A stretch of 64,000 nt of DNA from positions 17,184-81,183 of the forward strand of contig CACKGK010000002.1 of NCBI GenBank assembly GCA_902599665.1, in the 5' to 3' direction. The position numbers and the translations under genes were made by a program. Source of the DNA: an uncultured Pelagibacteraceae bacterium (GTDB taxonomy: Bacteria > Pseudomonadota > Alphaproteobacteria > Pelagibacterales > Pelagibacteraceae). The notes under the pieces are model-generated. The model made no database searches. It was not told where the DNA came from and was given only the letters and a program-made list of their open reading frames with translations. Shown here piece after piece: positions 9,381 through 18,752 of this stretch (positions within the stretch are counted from its first letter, which is position 1; each line of letters begins with the position of its first letter).

Positions 9381-12376
9381 TGTCCCAGGATTTTAGATTA
9401 AATAATGTTGGAATGGTTAATAGAGAAAAAAAAATCTCGTTTAAGTTTAATGGCAAAAAATATTTTGGTTTCGAGGGAGATACTATCGCATCTGCCTTAA
9501 TAGCGAATGGAGTTCATTTAGTAGGTAGAAGTTTTAAATATCATAGGCCTAGGGGTTTTTTTGGAGTTGGCGTTGATGAGCCCTATGCAATTCTGCAGTT
9601 AGATAGAAATAACGAGAGAGATCCAAATATAAGAGCAACAGAACAAGAAATTTTTGAAGGACTAGAGGTTAAGAGTGTTAATTGTTGGCCTAGTGTAAAT
9701 TTTGATATTGGAGCGATAAATAATTTTTTAAAAATGTTTTTTCCAGCTGGTTTTTATTACAAAACATTTATGTGGCCTCCTAGCTTTTGGTATAAAATAT
9801 ATGAACCTTTTATTCGAATGGCGGCTGGATTTGGACAAGCCTCTATCAAACATGATAAAGAGAGATATGAGCATAAATATGAGTATTGTGATTTATTAAT
9901 AACAGGATCTGGACCTTCAGGTTTAGCAAGTGCTTATGCCGCTGCAAAGAATGGAGCCCGAGTAATATTGGCTGAGGATAAACCAAGATTTGGAGGTAGC
10001 TTATTAACAAGTGATGTAAATATCGGAAACCAAACAGGTGTTGAGTGGACAGAAAAAATTATAGCAGAACTAAAGTCCATGCCTAATGTTACTGTAAAAA
10101 ATAGATCGCAAGTTTTTGGTTACTATGATCACAATATGTTAGTAATGTCAGAGCGTATTAGTGATCACTTGCCAAAAACCCAAAAATATCTACCAAAACA
10201 ACGTTTATGGTACATAAGAGCAAATGAAGTATTGATTTCGTCAGGTTCAATTGAAAGGCCTTTAGTTTTTGGAAACAATGATACTCCTGGAGTTATGTTA
10301 TCGTCAGCTGCCAAAGAGTATATGAAAGTTTACGGCGTATTAGTTGGAAAAAAACCTTTAATTTTTACCAACAATGATAGTGGTTATGAAACTGCAATTG
10401 AATTTAAGAAAAACAGAGTAGATCCAATTATATTGGACACAAGAAGCAACCCTTCTTCAGATATTATAACTGAGGCAAAAAGTTTAAATATTGAAATTAA
10501 ATTCTCCTATGTAGTTGTTGCCGCAAAAGGCTATAAAAAAGTTAAATCAGCAGATATTGCTAAAATATCTGACGATAAAAAAGAATTATTTAACATAGAA
10601 AATATAGAATGTGATTGTATCTGTGTATCAGGTTTTTGGACACCATCTATTCATTTAGCATCACAGTCAGGAAACAAATCTAAATTTAACGAAAAAATTG
10701 ATGCATTTGTACCAGATAAATCCAAACAACAAGAAAATACAATTGGATCAGCAAATGGAATATTTACATTAGAAGAAACAATTAAAGATGCTTTTGATAA
10801 AGGTTTTGATGTTTCAAATAAACTAACTGAAAAAAACAATAAAGTTTCAGTGCCAACAGTGGTAGAAAAAAAATCAACAGATCATGACAAATTTTGGTGT
10901 GTTCCTTTACCTAAAGGTAAATCTTACAAAAGGTTTTTAGATTTTCAAAATGACGTAGCAGTTTCTGATATTGAGCTAGCTCTAAGAGAAGGTTTCAGGT
11001 CTATCGAGCATGTAAAAAGATATACAACGCTTGGTATGGCTACCGACCAAGGAAAAACGAGTAATTTAAATGGATTACAATTAGTTTCTGATATTGAGAA
11101 TAAAGTTGTTCCACAAGTAGGACATACTACTTTTAGACCTCCTTATACCCCAGTTTCAATTGGAGCAATTGTAGGAAGAGAAGTTGGTAAGCATTCTAAA
11201 CCAACAAGAAAATCACCTATGCACTCATGGCATGAAAAAAATAATGCAGTATTTGTTGATGCAGGGGTTTGGTTAAGACCAAGATATTACAAGCAAGGAA
11301 ATGAAGGGTTATTTGAAGCATCAAAAAGAGAGGCAAAGAATGTAAGACAAAATGTAGGTGTATGTGATGTTACAACATTAGGTAAAATAGATGTTAAAGG
11401 TCCAGATGCAGCAGAGTTTTTGAATAGAGTTTATACTAATGCTTGGCTTAAACTTCCAGTGGGTAAAGCAAGATACGGTGTAATGTTAAGAGAAGATGGA
11501 ATTGTTATGGATGATGGAACAACAACAAGGATTTCCGAAAATCATTATCACATGACAACTACAACAGCTCAAGCAGCAAATGTTCTATCTCATTTAGAAT
11601 ATTATTTACAACTAGTGTGGCCAGAATTAAATGTAAATGTTGTATCAACCACAGAACAATGGGCAGGTGCAGCAATCGCAGGACCTAATTCGAGAAAATT
11701 ATTAATGAAATTATTCCCTAATTTAGATGTTTCAAACGAAGGTTTGCCATTTATGGGTTATAAAGAAGCTGATTTATTTGGAGTTCCTGCAAAAATTTAC
11801 AGAATTTCGTTTTCTGGTGAGTTAGCATATGAGATTAACGTTGAGTCCGATAACGGATATTTCATGTGGGAAAAAATCATGGAAGTCGGACAAGAATTTC
11901 AAATACAGCCATATGGAACTGAAGCTCTATCAACTCTAAGAATAGAGATGGGCCATGTTGCAGGATCTGAATTAGATGGAAGAACAATCCCTTATGATGC
12001 ATCTTTAGAAGGGCTAGTTAGTAAGAAAAAAGATTTTATAGGCAAAAGATCTTTAAACAGATCTGCCTTTACCTCTACGGATAGAGAAAAATTAGTTGGT
12101 GTAGTTCCGCTCGATAAAACTACAAGTATACCTGAGGGATCTTATATAGTAAAAGATCCAAAAGCAAAATTACCTAATCCAAAATTAGGTCATGTTTCGG
12201 CTTCATGTTGGAGTGTTGAATATGATAACCCATTTTCTTTAGCAATAATCAAAGATGGTAAAAATATGATAGGACAAAAACTCTTTGCTATGTCACCTTT
12301 AAAAAACAAAACGATACCTGTAGAGATTGTCTCTTCTCATTATGTAGATCCTGAAGGAAAGAGAGTTAGATCATGA
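9380..12376 (+). CDS. soxA: Sarcosine oxidase alpha subunit
   Basis: RSFKYHRPRG, KRYTTLGMATDQGK, C-terminal GcvT-like folate domain. Confidence 0.95.
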   Translation: MSQDFRLNNVGMVNREKKISFKFNGKKYFGFEGDTIASALIANGVHLVGRSFKYHRPRGFFGVGVDEPYAILQLDRNNERDPNIRATEQEIFEGLEVKSVNCWPSVNFDIGAINNFLKMFFPAGFYYKTFMWPPSFWYKIYEPFIRMAAGFGQASIKHDKERYEHKYEYCDLLITGSGPSGLASAYAAAKNGARVILAEDKPRFGGSLLTSDVNIGNQTGVEWTEKIIAELKSMPNVTVKNRSQVFGYYDHNMLVMSERISDHLPKTQKYLPKQRLWYIRANEVLISSGSIERPLVFGNNDTPGVMLSSAAKEYMKVYGVLVGKKPLIFTNNDSGYETAIEFKKNRVDPIILDTRSNPSSDIITEAKSLNIEIKFSYVVVAAKGYKKVKSADIAKISDDKKELFNIENIECDCICVSGFWTPSIHLASQSGNKSKFNEKIDAFVPDKSKQQENTIGSANGIFTLEETIKDAFDKGFDVSNKLTEKNNKVSVPTVVEKKSTDHDKFWCVPLPKGKSYKRFLDFQNDVAVSDIELALREGFRSIEHVKRYTTLGMATDQGKTSNLNGLQLVSDIENKVVPQVGHTTFRPPYTPVSIGAIVGREVGKHSKPTRKSPMHSWHEKNNAVFVDAGVWLRPRYYKQGNEGLFEASKREAKNVRQNVGVCDVTTLGKIDVKGPDAAEFLNRVYTNAWLKLPVGKARYGVMLREDGIVMDDGTTTRISENHYHMTTTTAQAANVLSHLEYYLQLVWPELNVNVVSTTEQWAGAAIAGPNSRKLLMKLFPNLDVSNEGLPFMGYKEADLFGVPAKIYRISFSGELAYEINVESDNGYFMWEKIMEVGQEFQIQPYGTEALSTLRIEMGHVAGSELDGRTIPYDASLEGLVSKKKDFIGKRSLNRSAFTSTDREKLVGVVPLDKTTSIPEGSYIVKDPKAKLPNPKLGHVSASCWSVEYDNPFSLAIIKDGKNMIGQKLFAMSPLKNKTIPVEIVSSHYVDPEGKRVRS

Positions 12377-12960
12377 CGATGATATCACCTTTGCAGAAAA
12401 TTCATTTTGCAGGCTCTTATGGAAATTTTGAAAATAAAACTGAAAATGAATTATTGAAAGTTTCTGAGTTAAAAAATTTATTAATTGTTCAAATAGTTCA
12501 GTACAAAAATTCTTCAATTAAAATAAATGATATTAAACTTAATAATTTACAATTTGTTAATGAAGCACAAAAAGTTGTCGCAAATGAAAATTTAAGAATA
12601 TTGTGGAATTCACCTAACAATTGGCTTGTTGTTTCAAATAAAAAAGAACTTTTTAGCGAAATTTTAAAAAATTTTAATGAAAGCGACTTTGCTATTACAG
12701 ATCTATCTCATTCTAAGGCGATCATAGAAATTGAAGGACCTAATGTTAAAGAGGTTTTAAAAAAAGGTTGTCCGTTTAATTTCAATATATTTAGTAAAAA
12801 TATGTGCATCAACTCATCATATAACGGAATATCTTTTTTAGTTGATATGGTTGAAGATGATCCTGAAAAAGCTAGAATTTTTTCACTTCGTAGTTTTGGG
12901 GAATCTATGTACCATTCAATAACCGATGCTTCACTAGAATATGGCTATAAATGTATTTAG
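12373..12960 (+). CDS. soxG: Sarcosine oxidase gamma subunit
   Basis: Fourth gene of soxBDA; TDLSH...KGCP...RSFGES pattern. Confidence 0.88.
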   Translation: MTMISPLQKIHFAGSYGNFENKTENELLKVSELKNLLIVQIVQYKNSSIKINDIKLNNLQFVNEAQKVVANENLRILWNSPNNWLVVSNKKELFSEILKNFNESDFAITDLSHSKAIIEIEGPNVKEVLKKGCPFNFNIFSKNMCINSSYNGISFLVDMVEDDPEKARIFSLRSFGESMYHSITDASLEYGYKCI

Positions 12961-12963
12961 AAA

Positions 12964-14577
12964 TTATTCTAAAGTTTTAAATCTTGTTTTTTGAATAATA
13001 AATACGAACAAAATCGGTAAAATTAAAGTCAGCAATGTTACAGTTATTAATAATATTCCCAATTCTGAGTAATCAGCAGTCGTCAATATTGCATTAGTCA
13101 CTTTATCTTTGACTTCGCGAGTAATTGTATAAATTTCATTTAAGTATTTTGTTCCTAAAGCACTTGCAGATAATGCTAAATTTGTAAAAGACGCAAAAAC
13201 TGCAAAGAAAGTAGCTTTTAGGTGCGAAGGCGCATTTTTAGCAATCCAAGCTAGTAAAGGTATCATAGAGACCTGACCTAAAGGTGACTCTAATGCTGTA
13301 TTAATTAGTGCAATAAATTTAGCATCAACAATTCCATTTGTTATTGATGAAGTCCAATTATGAAATCCGTAATACATACCAACACTTGGCAGAAATAATA
13401 TTGCACCAGCAATTGACAAAACTACAATAATTTTTGCTATGGAATTATTTGACATAAAAGGTCTAAGCAAAATAATTCCTAACAATGTTAAGACCGAAGC
13501 TAGTAATGATAATATAGAAAAAAACTGTTCGTTAAATTTTAGCTCATCTATTTCAAACCAAGATAGTCCTGGACCTGGACCTGGCATTGCTCTAAACACA
13601 AATATAATCACAGCCGTTCCCACAATCGTAGATCTTAAATTTTGAGGCAATTCTTTTATCAATTTACTCATCAGGAACAAAATAATTATCATAGATCCTA
13701 AAAAAACTATTTCTTGAGCAAAAGGAACTCCGAAGGAACCAACGCTGAGTGTAAAAATTACAAAAATTAAACTACCACCCAAAATCCACCAATTAACCTC
13801 TGTTTTTTCATGTTCGTAATTATCTTCGTTACCAACTAATCCCTGACCTATTAATTTATTTTTCTTTTTATTTTTAAGATAGTTAGCAAAAATTACTCCT
13901 AAAATTGAAACAAATGGTATTACTAGTGCATAAATATAAATTGATCCATAGAGCTCTATTTTATCTGCTTGCTCTAAACTATCTACTCCTTTAAATAAGA
14001 TCACATTCACTAAAGCAACTAGAACAGTACCACCGATAATTGCAAATCGTCCAAGTGTCTGCATTGTAGTATGCATTGTTTTAATCTGATCTTGTGAAAA
14101 TTTTTGACCTTCTTCATTAACAATTGGAACAGCTTCTACTGTCATTGCATCTGCAACAACATCTTGAACCACATATCCAATGGGAGCTAAAAGAACACTT
14201 ATTACAAACCAAGTCTCTACTTTTAGAATTGTGGACATCCATTCCGTATGGATAATTAATCCATACATTATCAATAAGCTTAAACCAATTAGTGTAGCTC
14301 CTACATAAACCATATAATTTTTTTTGTTCCAAATTAGATCTACTAAATGACCTAATGGCATTTTTAGTGCCCAAGGAATACCAGCCCAAAACCCTAGCCC
14401 AGCAAGAAAGGCAGCTGATAAATTTAGATAATCTTTAACAAAAAATGTACCCACTATTCCTGTTAAACCTGAAATTCCAGCTGCAAGATAAATCATTAAA
14501 GGTGGTAAATAAGATAGTTTAAATTGTCTTCCTAAATCTAGCAAAGTGGAGTCGATAAATTTGGAAATTTGATTCAT
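12964..14577 (-). CDS. BT1/folate-biopterin-type MFS transporter
   Basis: PWALKMPLG, QDVVADAMTVE, ATFFAVFASFTNL, about 12 TM segments; start could be 14589 (TTG). Confidence 0.7.
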   Translation of the reverse strand: MNQISKFIDSTLLDLGRQFKLSYLPPLMIYLAAGISGLTGIVGTFFVKDYLNLSAAFLAGLGFWAGIPWALKMPLGHLVDLIWNKKNYMVYVGATLIGLSLLIMYGLIIHTEWMSTILKVETWFVISVLLAPIGYVVQDVVADAMTVEAVPIVNEEGQKFSQDQIKTMHTTMQTLGRFAIIGGTVLVALVNVILFKGVDSLEQADKIELYGSIYIYALVIPFVSILGVIFANYLKNKKKNKLIGQGLVGNEDNYEHEKTEVNWWILGGSLIFVIFTLSVGSFGVPFAQEIVFLGSMIIILFLMSKLIKELPQNLRSTIVGTAVIIFVFRAMPGPGPGLSWFEIDELKFNEQFFSILSLLASVLTLLGIILLRPFMSNNSIAKIIVVLSIAGAILFLPSVGMYYGFHNWTSSITNGIVDAKFIALINTALESPLGQVSMIPLLAWIAKNAPSHLKATFFAVFASFTNLALSASALGTKYLNEIYTITREVKDKVTNAILTTADYSELGILLITVTLLTLILPILFVFIIQKTRFKTLE

Positions 14578-14581
14578 AAAT

Positions 14582-15022
14582 TTATTCAATTATGTTTAAT
14601 TTTATTAACTTAGTATTCTTTGTTTCATTACACCACAACTCGTAACTTTCACACACTCTCCACAGATGGTTAATAGCTCTTTGAGAAATATCTAAAGGAA
14701 AATGGCTTTTTGCATAGTATAAATCAGGAAATTTAATTAATTGCTTCATCATTGCTTCTTTTTGAAGATTTAAAAGCCGAATTACTTCGGCAGAAATTTT
14801 TTCTCCAGAATTATTATCAATATAATTATTTTTCTTTAACTCTTCAAACCAATCATCATGATACTTACCACTACTTATTTTTTCATATAGCGGTGAACCA
14901 ATGAATCTTTCCATAGCATCAATATTACTTATATTTTGCTCTTTACTTTTAATTTCACTTATTGCCAAATAAATAACCTCTGCAACATAAAGTATATAAG
15001 GTTTGGTCAAATTTTTTTTCAT
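14582..15022 (-). CDS. Hypothetical protein
   Basis: 146-aa ORF filling the gap between co-oriented genes; no motif recognised. Confidence 0.7.
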   Translation of the reverse strand: MKKNLTKPYILYVAEVIYLAISEIKSKEQNISNIDAMERFIGSPLYEKISSGKYHDDWFEELKKNNYIDNNSGEKISAEVIRLLNLQKEAMMKQLIKFPDLYYAKSHFPLDISQRAINHLWRVCESYELWCNETKNTKLIKLNIIE

Positions 15023-15026
15023 GAAA

Positions 15027-15485
15027 TTATAAATTTAGAGAATAATAACATGAATTTGGATCCTCTTTGTAATGTGCAAAAGGTTTGCATTTTTTGAATC
15101 CAAAATTTTTAAATAATTTTCTTGCTGGGGCAAAAAATTCTCCAGCTCCTGTTTCAACACTTAATTTTTTAATTCCAATTTTTTTTGATTTATCTATTAA
15201 ATGTGTGATAATTTTCTCTCCATATCTTTTTTTCCTAAATTTGTCTGCAACCCTTATTGACTTAAATTCCCCATGTTCTTCTGTAAGGGTTTTTAAAGCT
15301 CCGCATCCAATTAAATCATTATTCTCCCATAAACTCCAAAATTTGATACTGGGAACTCTCAAACCTTGCACATCTAACACATGCGAACTGCCTTCTGGCG
15401 ATACAGATCTTAATTCAATAAAATGAATTCTTAGAAGTTCATTTACCTGTGGGTTATCAAAGTTATTTTCTATTGATTTAATCAT
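15027..15485 (-). CDS. GNAT N-acetyltransferase (YedL-like)
   Basis: SPEGSSHVLD, GCGALK, GEFKS, LSVETG, YKEDPNS. Confidence 0.85.
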   Translation of the reverse strand: MIKSIENNFDNPQVNELLRIHFIELRSVSPEGSSHVLDVQGLRVPSIKFWSLWENNDLIGCGALKTLTEEHGEFKSIRVADKFRKKRYGEKIITHLIDKSKKIGIKKLSVETGAGEFFAPARKLFKNFGFKKCKPFAHYKEDPNSCYYSLNL

Positions 15486-15532
15486 TTTGAAGAACATATA
15501 ATCTAAAAACAAATTAAACCAATATTTAATAT

Positions 15533-16153
15533 ATGTGTGGAAGATACGTAATTACAAATGCTGTAACAAAAACAAAAAATATCGTTAAAACTGCGATTAA
15601 TGTTCAAGACAGTGATAATTATAATGCACACCCATATCAAAATCTTCCTGTAGTCAAAAAATATAAAAATGGCAATACTGTTGAAAATCTTAAATGGGGA
15701 ATTATTCCATCATGGGCAAAACAGAAAGACTTTAAAGCCTTGATAAATGCAAGACTAGAAACAATTGATGAAAAGGTTTCATTTAAAAAACTTATAAAAA
15801 CGCAAAGATGTGTAGTTGTTGCCGATGGCTTCTACGAGTGGAAAAGAACAAAAGATAACAAAATTCCATATTATTTTTTCAGAAATGATAAAAAAACAAT
15901 TTTTATAGCTGCAATTTACGATGAAGGCAAATTTTGCATGATAACTGAGGAGGCGAGCCAAAATATTTCAGAAATTCATCATAGACAACCAGTAATACTT
16001 TATGAAAAAGATATAGATAAATATTTAAACATTGAACATTTTGGTTCAACTTTTTTAAAAGATTGTAACAAAGTAAGTTTGACTTTTCACGAAATATCTA
16101 AAGATGTCAATAAACCAACAAATAATAGCGCCTCATTAATTCAACAAATTTAA
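15533..16153 (+). CDS. SOS response-associated peptidase (SRAP/YedK/HMCES family)
   Basis: N-terminal MCGRY, WGIIPSW, NARLET, GFYEW, IHHRQP. Confidence 0.92.
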   Translation: MCGRYVITNAVTKTKNIVKTAINVQDSDNYNAHPYQNLPVVKKYKNGNTVENLKWGIIPSWAKQKDFKALINARLETIDEKVSFKKLIKTQRCVVVADGFYEWKRTKDNKIPYYFFRNDKKTIFIAAIYDEGKFCMITEEASQNISEIHHRQPVILYEKDIDKYLNIEHFGSTFLKDCNKVSLTFHEISKDVNKPTNNSASLIQQI

Positions 16154-16157
16154 GATA

Positions 16158-17201
16158 TTATTTTTCAATGATTGTTATATGACCCATTTTTCTTTTATTT
16201 TTTATATCTTTTTTAAGATAGTCAAAAAAGAATTCGTTCTCAGAAAATTTTTTGTCTCTATATATTGAAATATCGTCACCTATTAAATTTATCATTTTGG
16301 CATTATATATTTTCTTTGTTTTAATTTTTTCTAAACCACATACAGCTCTGACATGATTTTCAAATTGACTTATATTGTGAGAATTAATTGTCAAATGTCC
16401 TGAGTTATGAACTCTGGGAGCTATTTCGTTAGCATATAAATTATCATTTTTGTCAATAAAAAACTCTACACATAATGTTCCAATATAATCTAAATCCTCT
16501 ACAATTTTTTTTGACCACTCAGTGGATTTAATTATAATTGCTTTCGAAACATCTGCAGGAATTTTAGAGTGCTTTAAAATTTGGTCTTCATGAACATTTT
16601 CAATTGGTTCATATATTTCATATTTTTGATTACCAAATCTTGTAATGATAACGGATATTTCTTTTTTTAAATTAATGAATTTTTCTAATATGTATTCTTT
16701 AGAAAAATCTATTTCATTAGATATATCTTTTTTGCTATTTAATTTGTATTGACCCTTCCCATCATATCCTAATGTAGTTGTTTTTAGCAATCCTGGCAAA
16801 AAATTTTCATTTTCTTTTAATTCGTCTATATGTTTTATAGAAACATATTGGGTAGTTTGAATATTTATATCATTGAGAAAATTTTTCTCTGTCAATCTAT
16901 TTTGGATTAAATTATTAATCTCAGGTTTAGGCAAAACTGTTTTTTCATTATTTATACTTTGAAGAATATTAAATGGAATATTTTCAAATTCGTAAGTAAC
17001 TAAATCGACACTATTGATAAATTCCTGAGTAATTGATTTGTTATCATATTTTCCATATATGAATTTTTCCGTAAAGTTTTTAGCTGGCGCATTCTCATCA
17101 TCGCTTAAAATAACAGTTTTAATGCCAATTTTGTTAGCAGCTACTGACAGCAAACTTCCAAGTTGACCTCCACCTATAATTCCTAAAATAGGATTTTTCA
17201 T
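16158..17201 (-). CDS. purK: N5-CAIR synthase
   Basis: GGGQLG, TYEFEN, GYDGKGQ, NEIAPRVHNSGH. Confidence 0.96.
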   Translation of the reverse strand: MKNPILGIIGGGQLGSLLSVAANKIGIKTVILSDDENAPAKNFTEKFIYGKYDNKSITQEFINSVDLVTYEFENIPFNILQSINNEKTVLPKPEINNLIQNRLTEKNFLNDINIQTTQYVSIKHIDELKENENFLPGLLKTTTLGYDGKGQYKLNSKKDISNEIDFSKEYILEKFINLKKEISVIITRFGNQKYEIYEPIENVHEDQILKHSKIPADVSKAIIIKSTEWSKKIVEDLDYIGTLCVEFFIDKNDNLYANEIAPRVHNSGHLTINSHNISQFENHVRAVCGLEKIKTKKIYNAKMINLIGDDISIYRDKKFSENEFFFDYLKKDIKNKRKMGHITIIEK

Positions 17202-17696
17202 TTAATTTGGTTTTTTCTTAACAGATTTGGATTGTTTAGATCTCCATTTTATTAAGCTGTTTTTAATTTTAGGATCAAAATTAGAAATTATAGATGCTGC
17301 ATACAATGCAGCATTTATGGCACCATCAGTTCCTATGGCAACTGTTCCAACCGGAATACCTTTAGGCATTTGGGCTATAGATAAAAGACTATCTAGACCT
17401 TTTAGTTTTTTACTTTCAATAGGAACACCTATTACTGGTATTCTTGTCAATGCAGCAATCATGCCAGGTAAATGTGCAGATCCTCCTGCGCCTGCAATAA
17501 TTACGTTAATGTTTCTTGACTCTGCTGATTTTGCATAATTGAACATTCTTTCAGGTGTTCTATGAGCGGAAACAATACTAGTTTCATAATTAACTTTAAG
17601 TAATTTCAGAGTTTTTTCACATAATTTCATTGTGGAATAGTCAGATTTGCTTCCCATTATAATGGATACTCTGTGACTATATCTTTTCTTTTTCAT
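17202..17696 (-). CDS. purE: N5-CAIR mutase
   Basis: [32 protein letters not shown]; start placed at MKKKRY. Confidence 0.96.
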   Translation of the reverse strand: MKKKRYSHRVSIIMGSKSDYSTMKLCEKTLKLLKVNYETSIVSAHRTPERMFNYAKSAESRNINVIIAGAGGSAHLPGMIAALTRIPVIGVPIESKKLKGLDSLLSIAQMPKGIPVGTVAIGTDGAINAALYAASIISNFDPKIKNSLIKWRSKQSKSVKKKPN

Positions 17697-17783
17697 GCTA
17701 AGTTTTTGAATTAATATGATCAATATAGTCTTAAAATTAAAACTAGTCGACAAAATTTGTAATAATTATAATGTGTTTTTAAT

Positions 17784-18752
17784 ATGAATTATCGAATTGA
17801 TAATCTTCAATATTGCAACTGGTCAAGAGATATTTTTAAAATCAACAGAGATGCTGGACTGAACGCAGTACATGCAACAGTAGTATATCATGAAGACTAT
17901 GATGAGTTTTTAATTAAATTAAAAGAATGGGATAACTTACTTAATGAAAATTCAGATCTAATATTTTTGGGAAAAACTTTTGAAGATATTATAAAGGCTA
18001 AGTCAGAAAATAAAACTGCAATATTTTTTGGCTTTCAAAACTGTTCTCCAATTGAGGATGATATTAATTTAATTGAGAAAGTTCATCATCATGGATGCAG
18101 ATTTATGCAACTTACTTACAATAACCAATCTCTTTTAGCTACAGGATGTTATGAAAAAAACGATTCTGGTGTGACAAATTTTGGAAGAGAAGCTATAAAA
18201 GAAATGAATCGAATTGGAATAGTTATTGATATGTCGCATTCAGGTGAAAAAAGTACATTAGATGCTATAGATATTAGCGAAAAACCAATTGCAATTACTC
18301 ATGCTAATCCGTCTTTTTGGCATAGTGCTTTAAGAAATAAATCTGAAACACTTTTAAAACATTTATCAAACAGTGGAGGAATGCTTGGGCTTTCTTTGTA
18401 TGCACATCATCTAAAAGATGGAACGAGTTGTAAATTAGATAGCTTTTGTGAAATGGTTGCAAAAACCGTTGAAATAATGGGCGTAAAAAATATAGGTATT
18501 GGTTCTGACCTTTGTTTGAATCAACCAAATAGTGTCGTTGAGTGGATGAGGAATGGAACGTGGAGTAAAACAAAAAATTTTGGTGAGGGAAGCAAAAGTA
18601 AACCAGAATTTCCTGATCAACCTGAATGGTTTATTGATGCAAGAGGGTTTAGTAATTTAGAAAAAGGATTGAAAAAAATAGGTTTTAATGAAAATGAAGT
18701 AAATGATATTTTAGGAAACAATTGGTTTAATTTTTATAAAGGAATTAATTAA
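17784..18752 (+). CDS. Membrane dipeptidase family (peptidase M19, amidohydrolase fold)
   Basis: QLTYNNQS, DMSHSG, ITHAN, RNKS, IGIGSD. Confidence 0.85.
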   Translation: MNYRIDNLQYCNWSRDIFKINRDAGLNAVHATVVYHEDYDEFLIKLKEWDNLLNENSDLIFLGKTFEDIIKAKSENKTAIFFGFQNCSPIEDDINLIEKVHHHGCRFMQLTYNNQSLLATGCYEKNDSGVTNFGREAIKEMNRIGIVIDMSHSGEKSTLDAIDISEKPIAITHANPSFWHSALRNKSETLLKHLSNSGGMLGLSLYAHHLKDGTSCKLDSFCEMVAKTVEIMGVKNIGIGSDLCLNQPNSVVEWMRNGTWSKTKNFGEGSKSKPEFPDQPEWFIDARGFSNLEKGLKKIGFNENEVNDILGNNWFNFYKGIN

